A DNA stretch of 64,000 bases, from assembly GCA_020184695.1 (NCBI GenBank), contig JAANOX010000126.1, positions 62,001 through 126,000 on the forward strand, read 5' to 3'. Positions 43,717 to 54,126 of the stretch are shown here, piece by piece (the first letter of the stretch is position 1; each line of letters begins with the position of its first letter). Both the position numbers and the translations under genes were made by a program. The stretch is from Histomonas meleagridis 2922-C6/04-290x. Its lineage: Eukaryota; Protista; Parabasalia. The notes under the pieces were generated by a model that was not told the DNA's origin, did no database searches, and worked only from the letters and a program-made list of their open reading frames with translations.

Positions 43717-46581
43717 ATGGGAGAAAAATCAAAAGAACTTGTGAATCATGCATTGTGGATCGGTACAATAGTAAAAAGAATTATTGATAATTCCATGGGA
43801 AAAACAAAACCATTGCTTTGTCTTTCATTTTTAAATTTAGATTTTAAGTTAAATAATAATTCATATAATTTTGAAAATGGCATGTCTATTGATGAATTAA
43901 AAACAGGTGTTCCATATGCAATAATCATAAGTACAATTGAAAAAACAAATATTCAAATCCAATCACCTGATCAAATTTTTACAATTGTTTTAAAACAATT
44001 AAAAAACCATGGATATTCTCCTTCATCTCAATGCAATCCACAATTATTGCCCAATGGCGATATTATTTCTCACATTGAATTATGTAAAATTATAGAGTGG
44101 ATGGTTATTGATAAATCAATATCAATCCAACTGTTATCAGATGATTTGAATCGTCTTCCACGTTCATTTTATATTCTCAAGCAGCAACCTAATTTACTTG
44201 AAGATGCAATTTCACTATGGCTATCCAAGTTTCCTTGTTCACGAACACTTCCTCCAATTACAAATTTGGAGAAAGATATTTTAGAAGGGCAACATGCTGC
44301 ATTTGTTCTTTCTCGTGCGTATCCAAAGATTTTACCTAAAGACATGATTAATGTTGGAATTGAGTTAACAGATCGAATGATTTCACAAAATTGGGAAAGA
44401 ATGATACCACTAATGAATGAATTATCATTCTTTATACCAAATAGAGAATACCCATTAACACAAAACTTAATTATTTTATTTGTTACAGATTTATTTTATG
44501 CAACAAGAAATAACGCAAAACAATTCATTAAACTTGAGCCACCACCGCCGATTGAAGTTAAAATAACATTCCCAAGCAAAGAAACTCAAAAACCTAAAGA
44601 AGATAACAAAGAACGAGTATCAACACCTACTGGAAATCAAAATTTAATAATGAATAAAAATGACGAAAAACAAAACTTAAAAGTTCAACAAAATAATAAA
44701 CCAAAAGTTATAACAAAAGATCAGAAAAAAATAGTTACGCCAAAGATTGGCAGTACTCAAAACAAGACAAAACAGAAAAATAACACAAATAGTAAAATAA
44801 AAAAAGAACAGATAAAAAATAGAAAAAATATCAAATCAATTCGAAATGGGAAATTGAAATCAAACTCATCCAAAAGTAGTTCATATTCATCATTAGATAT
44901 TGTTAGTGAAGAAAATAACTTAAATAATGTGCAAATTAATGAAAATAATTCAAATAATGAGCAAATTAAAGAAAATAATTCTGATTCAAATCAAACAAAA
45001 ACACAACAGTCAATATTACTATCTGAAAGTACATACAAACAAATTGAAACTTCAATTCAAGATACCAAATCATTAATGAAAGATGACGAGTTACAATCAT
45101 CTGATAATAGCATAGAAGAAAGTTCAATTGTTACTCAGATTCCTTTATCTGATTCTCTCATTGAAAGTAATCAAGAAGAAAACAAAAATGCCCAAACAGA
45201 AATTAATAACAAAACAAATAATGAATTAAAACAAGAAAAGAAGTTTTCACAAACGACACGTCCACGTGTTTCACATAATATAAATGAATCAAACGAATAT
45301 ACAAATAATAGTGGTGATAACTTATATGAAAGTTCATCTTCAGACATTGGATTTGATTCTGATAGTGAATTAGACTTACAAATCAAATCAGAAATGGACA
45401 AATTAAGACAATCATATTCAATAACACAACAAAATAAACACAAAACGAATAAATCCGACTTACAAAAGAAATTCGAAAACGAAGCTTCTTTATTTAATAT
45501 TGAAGCGCAAAGATTTATTCTTGAATCAAATCTTCAAACACTTCAAAATAGAAACAATGAGTTACAAAAAGAAAGAAATTCCGATAAATTAAAAGATTTA
45601 AACACAACAACAATTGGATTATGTTTTAAGAATAATGGTATTGATGTCGGGAACTTAAGTGAAGAAGATTTAATTATTATTAACAAATCAATTTCCGAAT
45701 TTTCTCAACTTAGTGATAATGAGCGTAATCTTGAACACTTATATAAAATTATTAGCTCATATTATAGCAGTAAAATACCAATAGAACATATTGATGAGGT
45801 TTTCCAAAAAGTTCAGCTTTTACTCGAAAAAGTTGCAACTGATTCATCTTCAATTCCACATTTATTAATTTCAGTTGCAAATAACTTATTTAATCATAAT
45901 GAAGAAACATCATCTTCAAGTGATGAATTATCTCATAAAGTTATAACAGAAAGAAGTTCTATCCAGTCACAAACGAATGATAATGATAAACGCTTTAAAG
46001 AAACTCAAACTAATATTAATATCGAATATAACAACGCAAATCCTTTGATGCAAATTACAAAACCGGTTTCACTTTTTAATAAACCACACAAAGAAATACC
46101 AAAAGAACTTATAGAGAAAAATGATCCCTCATTAAAATGTAATATATCGATTAATTTCGTTCCGTTTTATAGATTTTCAAGCTTTAAACGTGTGATGTCA
46201 CCACAAAGAAACACAAGAGTGATATCTAATTTTCAAGTAATAACACAAATTCTTCGTTTTATAGCAATGCCTTCACCTCAACAAGACTTAAAAAGAAAAC
46301 AAATAATTAACTTTCTGTCAAAATATAAAGAAAGTCGAATTGTCATTCTCTTAAATTCAATGAACTTAAAAATGAAAGGTATATATTTGATGAATGAAGA
46401 AAGCACAGAAGTAACTCGTGTTTGGGGAATAGGTCCAACTAAAATAGTTGAAAAAGATATCGGAAAATTTTATAAATTTATTACTGGAAGTAAGTTTTTT
46501 GAAGAAATTCCTACAAAACATCTTACACAAACAACAGACGCCATTAGCCTTAATAAAAAACTTGAACCACGAAGTTGGTAG
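43717..46581 (+). CDS. CAMSAP/Patronin-like microtubule minus-end protein (C-terminal CKK domain)
   Basis: C-terminal MKGIY...VWGIGPTKI...FYKFITGSKFFEEIPTKHL...DAISL fits CKK; low-complexity linker; helical N-terminal domain. Confidence 0.75.
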   Translation: MGEKSKELVNHALWIGTIVKRIIDNSMGKTKPLLCLSFLNLDFKLNNNSYNFENGMSIDELKTGVPYAIIISTIEKTNIQIQSPDQIFTIVLKQLKNHGYSPSSQCNPQLLPNGDIISHIELCKIIEWMVIDKSISIQLLSDDLNRLPRSFYILKQQPNLLEDAISLWLSKFPCSRTLPPITNLEKDILEGQHAAFVLSRAYPKILPKDMINVGIELTDRMISQNWERMIPLMNELSFFIPNREYPLTQNLIILFVTDLFYATRNNAKQFIKLEPPPPIEVKITFPSKETQKPKEDNKERVSTPTGNQNLIMNKNDEKQNLKVQQNNKPKVITKDQKKIVTPKIGSTQNKTKQKNNTNSKIKKEQIKNRKNIKSIRNGKLKSNSSKSSSYSSLDIVSEENNLNNVQINENNSNNEQIKENNSDSNQTKTQQSILLSESTYKQIETSIQDTKSLMKDDELQSSDNSIEESSIVTQIPLSDSLIESNQEENKNAQTEINNKTNNELKQEKKFSQTTRPRVSHNINESNEYTNNSGDNLYESSSSDIGFDSDSELDLQIKSEMDKLRQSYSITQQNKHKTNKSDLQKKFENEASLFNIEAQRFILESNLQTLQNRNNELQKERNSDKLKDLNTTTIGLCFKNNGIDVGNLSEEDLIIINKSISEFSQLSDNERNLEHLYKIISSYYSSKIPIEHIDEVFQKVQLLLEKVATDSSSIPHLLISVANNLFNHNEETSSSSDELSHKVITERSSIQSQTNDNDKRFKETQTNINIEYNNANPLMQITKPVSLFNKPHKEIPKELIEKNDPSLKCNISINFVPFYRFSSFKRVMSPQRNTRVISNFQVITQILRFIAMPSPQQDLKRKQIINFLSKYKESRIVILLNSMNLKMKGIYLMNEESTEVTRVWGIGPTKIVEKDIGKFYKFITGSKFFEEIPTKHLTQTTDAISLNKKLEPRSW

Positions 46582-47046
46582 AATGTATGAATAAAATTTG
46601 TATAAAATTATTGTAATATTTAAATCTTCGATCAAAAAATATTTATCAAAAAAGAGATAAATCATAATTTTGATTCAGATTTAATGGGTTTTAAAGGTAA
46701 ACTGAATACGAACATTTTTTTGACATTAAATTCAGAAATTTACATGACTTTTTGACAAAGTCTGTTTGTGTTTAATTCACCAGCAAAAGTGAACCGATGT
46801 TTGATTGATTTACGATAGACATATTGAATTTTCAATTTGACACCAGCGTGATTCATTTAACACAAATGTAAATATCTTTTTATTAATGAAACATAAAAGC
46901 GAATCATATCAATGATTTTCTAGGATTAGGATTCTTAATCATAAATGTCCATAAAAAATTTATGTTAAACACATACAAGAAAAGTTTTTAGTGAAGGAAA
47001 AAAATCTTTGAAAAGTGACGGTTAATTGAGGCACTTCAACGAGGAA

Positions 47047-48996
47047 ATGTTTCTCAGGCACGATCCAATTCCAGACCATTTTGGTAATACCAAATACCCA
47101 ACCGCGATTAATGAAATGCTCAGCGGTGAGCGTTATGATGCTGTTGCTGATCATTTAATACGACATCAAATTCCTTTTAATCGTGCGTTTATTTTCCTAT
47201 CTAACTACCCCACTGCATTAGCGAAATACCTATATGCCTGTATTCCTGAACTTGAAGATTTTAATCCGGATGACGATGATGAGAAAGAAGAAGAAAAGAA
47301 TGAGGACGACAAAAAAGAAGGTGATAAAAAAGAAGAAGAGAAAAAGGATGGCGAAAAGAAAGAAGAAGAAAAGAAAGAAGAAGAAAAGAAAGAAGAAGAA
47401 AAGAAAGAAGAAGATAAGAAAGAAGAAGATAAGAAGGAAGACGACAAAAAAGAAGGCGAACAAAAGGAAGGTGAGAACAAAGAAGGCGAGAACAAAGAAG
47501 GCGAGAAAAAAGAAGGCGAACAAAAGGAAGAAGAGCTTGTAGTCAAAGGCAATAAAAAGAAGCCCGATTACAAAGACAAAGTTATCTCACCGAAGAGTGC
47601 CATTCTAATGAATCTTTACGTCTCCGTTGCCATTCCATTACTCACCACCCAAACTGAAGAAGAACGAGAGAAATCCACCAAAGCCATTGTTAAGTTAGTC
47701 AAAACCTTTCCGGCCTGTTTCGACAAGCATCAAATCTATCACATCTGTCGCGAGATCAGTGATGACAACTTAGCTCAACAAATGTATCTCATCTTTGGCG
47801 ACATTTGGGAGTATTCCATGCTCATGTTCGAGAAGAAGGACTACAAAAGTATATTAAATGAAATCAGTCGCTTACCAGAACAACGACGTGTACAAGTTTA
47901 CAAGCGATTTCCACCTGAGTTCCATCTTCAAATGGTTAATTCATGGGCGCGCGATCTTCCGAACAGCATTGCGATCTTTCCAATGCTTTGCGACATGGTC
48001 TTTGCTGAGATATTTAACGAAGCTCCTGTTCCGAAATTACAAGCGATCTTAGAGCGAATGTATACGCGTCGTTTGTTACTTAATCCACCGCATCGCCAAA
48101 TCCAATATTATTTATTAGTTAAGTCGAACAGCTTAAGTAAGATGGAAGTCATCTACAAGCATGACTTATTCCAATTGATTGGCTTTGATTATGTCATCAG
48201 GCATTTAGAGCATCGAAAGTTATATTCATTTGCAGCTGATTTTTGTGCGCATATTAAGGATCGTCATTATTCGGCGATTACATATTCCATTTTAGACTCG
48301 ATTCGATTTTCATTAGATTTATTAGTGAGCACATTAAAAGATGCTGAAGATGTAAGAGATTGTTGGATGATCGCATTAGAAAGAAGTCGTAATACAGGCG
48401 ACGAATACGAATGGAGAAACTTATTAAAGACAGCAACAACGTCGGGATTCTTAGCGCTGGACGACATCTTCCCGATGATGCCCGTCGAGATGCCGATCGA
48501 TGAGTTCCAGCCGACGATTCTGCAAAGCATTCGAAAGTATCAACGAATAACGCAACAAAGCAAAGACAAAATCGAACAATTGATCAATCGCTCGAACGAG
48601 CAAAGAGAAGTAATAAGAGTCGGGCCATCGATGGCGTGCCAAATGGACCCGCTCGCAATCTGCTGGTTCTGTAAGGGATCAGTGTACAAGGACAGGTTCC
48701 TCGTCTTCCCGTGCAACCACTGCGTGCACGTGAACTGCTTCCTGGCGAACAGCCACTTGTACTACACGCCTGTCGAAAGGCTCAACTTGGTGTCGCTCTC
48801 GGCAAAGGCAATGAGAGAGGAAAAGAGAGCAATTCCTCTCGCAAACGTGATATGTAGGTCGTGCCCAGTCTGCGGAGAGTTGTCAACTAAGGTGCTGAAT
48901 AAGGACTTCGCTATAAAGGAAGAAGTGACGCCAAGGAAAATGTGGGGACTACCCCCAGCAATGAAGAAAAACGATGAAGAGGAAGAAGAAGAATAA
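47047..48996 (+). CDS. Vps18/Pep3-like solenoid + RING-H2 protein (N-terminally short)
   Basis: CWFC...FLVFPCNHCVHVNC...CPVCG RING; FPMMPVEMPIDEFQPTILQSI resembles the Vps18 C-terminal segment. First ATG is 47047. Confidence 0.7.
   Translation: MFLRHDPIPDHFGNTKYPTAINEMLSGERYDAVADHLIRHQIPFNRAFIFLSNYPTALAKYLYACIPELEDFNPDDDDEKEEEKNEDDKKEGDKKEEEKKDGEKKEEEKKEEEKKEEEKKEEDKKEEDKKEDDKKEGEQKEGENKEGENKEGEKKEGEQKEEELVVKGNKKKPDYKDKVISPKSAILMNLYVSVAIPLLTTQTEEEREKSTKAIVKLVKTFPACFDKHQIYHICREISDDNLAQQMYLIFGDIWEYSMLMFEKKDYKSILNEISRLPEQRRVQVYKRFPPEFHLQMVNSWARDLPNSIAIFPMLCDMVFAEIFNEAPVPKLQAILERMYTRRLLLNPPHRQIQYYLLVKSNSLSKMEVIYKHDLFQLIGFDYVIRHLEHRKLYSFAADFCAHIKDRHYSAITYSILDSIRFSLDLLVSTLKDAEDVRDCWMIALERSRNTGDEYEWRNLLKTATTSGFLALDDIFPMMPVEMPIDEFQPTILQSIRKYQRITQQSKDKIEQLINRSNEQREVIRVGPSMACQMDPLAICWFCKGSVYKDRFLVFPCNHCVHVNCFLANSHLYYTPVERLNLVSLSAKAMREEKRAIPLANVICRSCPVCGELSTKVLNKDFAIKEEVTPRKMWGLPPAMKKNDEEEEEE
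47281..47535 (+). repeat. Coding purine-rich repeat (AAGAAAGAAGAAGAA)n encoding KKEEE/KKEGE
   Basis: 15-nt period visible directly in the sequence. Confidence 0.92.
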
Positions 48997-49637
48997 AATG
49001 TTCATATGGAAACGTTTGTTTTTGGGGCGCTCCAAAAGTGGATAACACTTTTTGTCGTTCTGTGGACAAATCCAAAGTTTTGAGTGTTCTTGAGATCGCC
49101 TTTGGAATGAGAGATACTGTGTCGTGCGGCTGTGCATTTTCCCAAATATTGAATTTTGGATGTTTCTGAAATGTGATCGTTGTTTTTAGTCAAAATATCT
49201 TTCGATACATTGCAATTGAGCTCAGGTATCAAAGAGAAAAAGCAGAACAAAAGAAAAAAGGATGTCAATGTTTCAAAAAATTGTTTTCAAGGTAAAAAAA
49301 TTTAATAATGAAATAGAATTGGCTTCAAGTGAAAGTGAAATGAAATTATCACTTATTTAAATTTATTTATTTTATAAAATGCCCCATTGTATTTCTTTAT
49401 ATTTTTGAAATAAAATTTGATGCGATTCATAATTTTATATATATATATATATACCATCTTTTATTTGACACCAGCGAATGTTCATTATCGTTGTAGTTTA
49501 CATCTATTAAATTTATAGGAAATTGCTATTTTATTTTTATAGATGATTATGAAATACAATGATGAGATAATTTTTTCGTTCGATTCCATTTTCAAAACTT
49601 TACATACGGCCGTTTATATCATCGTCAGCGTTTAATA

Positions 49638-52307
49638 ATGAATTTTATTTCTCCTCAGGAATTGTTGCAACTATTCCAAGCAACAGTTTCTGATGATCTT
49701 TCAATAAGAGGAAGTGCGGAAAATGAAATTCTTAAATTTCTACAAAATAATCCTGTTGATATTCTTAGATGTTGTGCTCAAATTCTTTCGGTCCAAGGCA
49801 TGCCAATTCAAGCATACCAATTATCTCTTATTTATATCAACAAAGTACTTACACCTAATAGATTTTATTCCCAAAGTCAATTAGTGGATAATTGGAATTC
49901 ATTAAGTCGTAACCACCCTGAGGGACAAGCCAGTCCTACAGAGTTTATTAAAGGAGCGGTTTCTAATATTTTTCTTGTTCAAGATCCTGTTATCCAATCA
50001 AATTGTTCATTAACAGCAGCTTTATTGTTTTCCTTAGACAGAGGCAATTTTGTTAATACTTTTACCACCATTATTGACTATCTAATGTATTCCAAGTATT
50101 CACCATATACACATGAAACAGCCATAATGTCATTAAATCGAATGTTTGAATATTACAATGATATTGACCATAGTTTTTCTGACGAGTTTATCAAACAATT
50201 TACACGTATGATAGATTTTTTTAAGCAAGTTTTATTAAATTTTACGAACTTTCCCATCAATTTTGTAGCACACATCTATGAAACATTATCATCACTTGCG
50301 CCTATTGCGAAGAAAGGACGTCTTCATATCTTTGAAGTTAATGAAGAAACGCAAGAAGAAGGAGTTCATATACCAATTTGGTACATTGAATCCACGAAGA
50401 GAATATTACTTTGTTGTACAGATGAACGTCTTTATCGCGCGATACATTTATTTTTCTTACGATATTTCATCACATTTTATTCACGCTCACAACCAATCTT
50501 AGAAATAATAACAGTTGCATCGCAATTATTCTTACAAGAAAGTATTATGAGTCGAAACATTCAATTCATATCAATAACATCTGATTTCTGGAACGAATTA
50601 GTTTTATATGAAAATGATATTGGAATGAACAATTACATTGTTCAAACATTTAAAGAATCTGCTAATGAACTTAACATTAAGTTTTCGGATGTATGGAAAT
50701 ATCAAATTAAAGATTATTATGGAATAATCGATTTTTCCATCGCGAATTTGGACATAATAAATCATTTGATTCATGTAATTACACGTGTTTATAATGATAC
50801 ATATTTCGATGATATTGAAGTTAATGAGCCGCATATATTTGCGACTTCTTGTTTAAGTAAAATATATGTTTATAAGCCTTTAATAGTACTCGAAGCAATC
50901 GATAACTTCTATAAAAATAATATCGATACTTCGGATTGGCAAATCCAACATGGAATGTTATTAATGGCTATTTGCATATGTAAGAAAACTCCGAATTTAG
51001 ATATGCATGAAATTCCTCCATTCATTGCATTAAACATTCCTTTTTTCATTGGTATGACAAATAGTGATAACTTATTATTAAATGAAACTTCGTTTAGAAC
51101 TATTTCAACATTAATTACATTTTTCGGTTCTTTAATAGCGAATGAATTTTTCCCTGCAATTTTTCCTTTGTATTATGGAATCCGTAATGAAAATATCCTT
51201 TTACATTCTGTTAATGCACTTGTTTCATATATCGAAAGAAGTAATGAAGAAAATTTGGTATTATATGTCGAAGAAATTAATAAAATATCGAATCATATAT
51301 TAAGTAATATCGAAAATCCAAATTGTGAAATTGGCTCATGGTCATTTTTAATCAAACAAAAACTTCTCGAAAGAATATCACAAATAGATATTAACTTATG
51401 TTCGAACATAATTTCACCTTTTTTAACTAATAAAATTTGTTCGATTGGACAATTGAGGTTAATTACAATTGCATTTCGTTATGTTGGTAAACATTTACAA
51501 GAATTTTCGTTTAATTTGGTGAATGAATTATTTCATTTAATTAGTTTGCATGATCCAATCATTGTTGAAGATGCATTAATTACTTTAATCGAAGTTGTTT
51601 GTACACTTGAAAATAATTTTAATGCTTTCATTCAGCCTTTAGTTTTATGTATTAAAGACGCATTTAGTTCGCAATCACAAAGTATCATTGTGAATGTTGC
51701 CAATTTACTCGTGAAACTATTCGATAAATATCCGGAATTTTTAGGATTTTTACCAGAAGCGTTTCAGATATTAACGGAGTTAATGAATTCCGACTTGTTC
51801 CAAAGAGATAATATGGAATATCTTCATTTGTTATTATATCCTTTTTGTAATATAATTTTTGTTGTCTCGAAATTTAATGTGGAAATTGAGTTTGTGAATA
51901 ATGTGTTTCATTTCTTATATGGATTCCATAATAATATTAAAAAGTTAAATAAAGATAATGAAACAAAAATTGAGTTCGCAAATAATATTTGTGCTTGCTT
52001 ATTCGTGGGTTATTCTGGAATTGTTTTATTCGGAAAAAATAATTTGCAGTTCTTAAACGCTAATAAAAATAAATTTTTCGACTTGGTCTCTGTGTTTAAT
52101 AGTTTGAAAAGTTGGAAAAAAGAAGCGCTGTTCGAGTTTTGTAGGTTCATGGATGTGTTAATTAGCGTCGTTGGAAATAACCCAAGATTCCAAATAATGC
52201 TTTCGAACCAACGAAATTTGTCTTTGCTTTTATGGGCATCACTACAACAAGATGACCAACTAAAGGAAAAAGCAAAATCTTTATTAAACATATTGTTCAA
52301 AAAATAA
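49638..52307 (+). CDS. Divergent importin-beta-like HEAT-repeat protein
   Basis: IBN_N-like start (ATVSDDLSIRGSAENEILKF), DWQIQHGMLL HEAT motif, 889 aa. Confidence 0.7.
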   Translation: MNFISPQELLQLFQATVSDDLSIRGSAENEILKFLQNNPVDILRCCAQILSVQGMPIQAYQLSLIYINKVLTPNRFYSQSQLVDNWNSLSRNHPEGQASPTEFIKGAVSNIFLVQDPVIQSNCSLTAALLFSLDRGNFVNTFTTIIDYLMYSKYSPYTHETAIMSLNRMFEYYNDIDHSFSDEFIKQFTRMIDFFKQVLLNFTNFPINFVAHIYETLSSLAPIAKKGRLHIFEVNEETQEEGVHIPIWYIESTKRILLCCTDERLYRAIHLFFLRYFITFYSRSQPILEIITVASQLFLQESIMSRNIQFISITSDFWNELVLYENDIGMNNYIVQTFKESANELNIKFSDVWKYQIKDYYGIIDFSIANLDIINHLIHVITRVYNDTYFDDIEVNEPHIFATSCLSKIYVYKPLIVLEAIDNFYKNNIDTSDWQIQHGMLLMAICICKKTPNLDMHEIPPFIALNIPFFIGMTNSDNLLLNETSFRTISTLITFFGSLIANEFFPAIFPLYYGIRNENILLHSVNALVSYIERSNEENLVLYVEEINKISNHILSNIENPNCEIGSWSFLIKQKLLERISQIDINLCSNIISPFLTNKICSIGQLRLITIAFRYVGKHLQEFSFNLVNELFHLISLHDPIIVEDALITLIEVVCTLENNFNAFIQPLVLCIKDAFSSQSQSIIVNVANLLVKLFDKYPEFLGFLPEAFQILTELMNSDLFQRDNMEYLHLLLYPFCNIIFVVSKFNVEIEFVNNVFHFLYGFHNNIKKLNKDNETKIEFANNICACLFVGYSGIVLFGKNNLQFLNANKNKFFDLVSVFNSLKSWKKEALFEFCRFMDVLISVVGNNPRFQIMLSNQRNLSLLLWASLQQDDQLKEKAKSLLNILFKK

Positions 52308-52350
52308 AACTTAAATTATGTAAAATTTCTTTTTAAAAAAATCATTTTTA

Positions 52351-52913
52351 ATGGAAGATCAAATGACTACATTGAACCAACAAAAATATTTCACAATGAA
52401 GATCTTATTGACGTTGAGGTTTATGAGGTTAACAATCATCAAAAAAGCAAAACATCTTTGCAAAGCGAAAACGATCGGTTTCGAGTAATTTATCTTACGA
52501 AAAATTTTATCGTTTTTTTCAATGGTTGGTTTAAACCTAGAAATTTCTATTAATTTTTTGAATGCTTTTCAAAGATTGGAACTCATTCAGAAGAAAGTGA
52601 TAAACCTGCTTCAAAGATTTCTTCTATATTAAATAAATATGGAAAGAAAAACATCATAATTGTATCTACAGTTAATGCTGTGGTTATAGTTATCGTTATA
52701 GTTTTAGCTGTGGTTTTAACAAACACTCCAGACGAAGAACAAACACAAGAAAGCCCAACCCCACCAACACCTATTCCCCACTTATCGCAGGGACATACTA
52801 CTACCCCAACACATACAACTTACACCGCACCTCAATTTACCCCTTCAAACACATCAACTTATGATCCATTTGCTCCTACATTCATTTACCTCTTCAAACA
52901 AATTTTGTGCTAA
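52351..52913 (+). pseudogene. Broken type II membrane protein gene (TM + Pro/Thr-rich stalk), possible 90-nt GT-AG intron
   Basis: 1-nt frameshift just after ATG 52351, in-frame TAA at 52551 inside GTAATT...TCAAAG (52485-52574), TM segment IIIVSTVNAVVIVIVIVLAVVL. Confidence 0.4.
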
Positions 52914-53101
52914 TTATCATTGAATTCATGATAAAGATTTCATTCTCAAAAGAAGGTTGGTTTTGCATAAATAATTCATTAATAAAAAATCAATTGAATG
53001 AAGATCAATACCTTAAAGAATCAAACTTCGTAATTATCAAGCGTTTGTAATTTCTGTGTTTTCTTCATTGTTGTTAACTAAGAACAAAAAATAACAAAAA
53101 A

Positions 53102-53175
53102 TGCACCTACTGGGACTCGAACCCAGGACCTTCGCGTCATAAGCACGATACTCTAACCGACTAAGCTATAAGTGC
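53102..53175 (-). tRNA. tRNA-Ile (anticodon TAT), intron-less, G37
   Basis: GCACTTA/TAGGTGC-A acceptor, TCGTG-CTTATGA-CGCGA anticodon arm, CTGGG-TTCGAGT-CCCAG T arm, downstream T6. Confidence 0.93.
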
Positions 53176-53937
53176 CTTCATTTTTAGGTTATCATCAATA
53201 TTTAAATATCTAATATTCTTACATTCAAATTAATTTTTGTTAACAACATAAATTGGTAAATATATCTGCAGAACCGGAACACTATTTTTTGAATATAAAA
53301 GAATTAAGACAAATTCGAATTATTAGACATATAGTTTATTTTGTCATTTTGATGTTTTAAATTATAATTTTGTTAACAATGAATTCAATGAATACTCATA
53401 TATTGGCATTAAAAAAATACAAATGACATCAACCAATTCTTATATGAAAGACAAGCCAGCAAATACTAAAATATTCAAAATATATTTTCTATGAAAAACT
53501 GGTCATTTACTTTATTGTGTTCTATCGTTTTCTATCGTGGCATTCATTTCTCATAGATAGAAAATTAACAGAGATTTAAAATGGGACAAATTAAGTTAAA
53601 AAAAGATATTGAATGGCTTATCATCATCCGTAAAAAGTTAATGAACTTAAACAGTTATAATTACCACAAAATTTGTCAGAATATAATTAGTTATTTTGAT
53701 AATGAAAATCCTGTTTCATTTAATCATGTGATTTGTCATTTAGTGTATAAATTGTTTACTTCACACGGAAGAGACGCACATGTTTATTTACAATTTTTAC
53801 AAGAACTTGAAGCAAAAGAAAAAGAATTGTTTAATTATTCAAATTTAATTTCTACTTTTTCAACAATCCTTTTTTATGAACAAACACAAGAATCATTTTA
53901 TCTTCTTGAAATGTTTTTTAAAAATATTTTAAAATAA

Positions 53938-53956
53938 TATTTGGAAATTATTTAAA
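53938..53956 (+). other. 3' part of ankyrin insert E5
   Basis: ATTTGGAAATTATTTAAA|TTATTTGAAACA is nearly identical to the E1 3' end. GG at 53943-44, Thr at 53966; 5' end not definable. Confidence 0.65.
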
Positions 53957-54058
53957 TTATTTGAAACAGCACTTAAGATAGCAATATCAGATAATTTTTC
54001 AACAATTGTTGAGTTATTGCTTAATCACAAAGATATTGATATAAATATTGAAGATGTA

Positions 54059-54126
54059 TTGTTTCTATATGTAAAATTTTGAATTAAAATTTGAAATTTG
54101 ATATTTTTATTTGGTGTTTCTGATAA
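54059..54126 (+). other. Ankyrin-interrupting insert E6 (68 nt)
   Basis: Lies between DINIEDV and LFRTALQIA. ATTTGG with GG at 54113-14, Thr at 54136. Confidence 0.78.
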
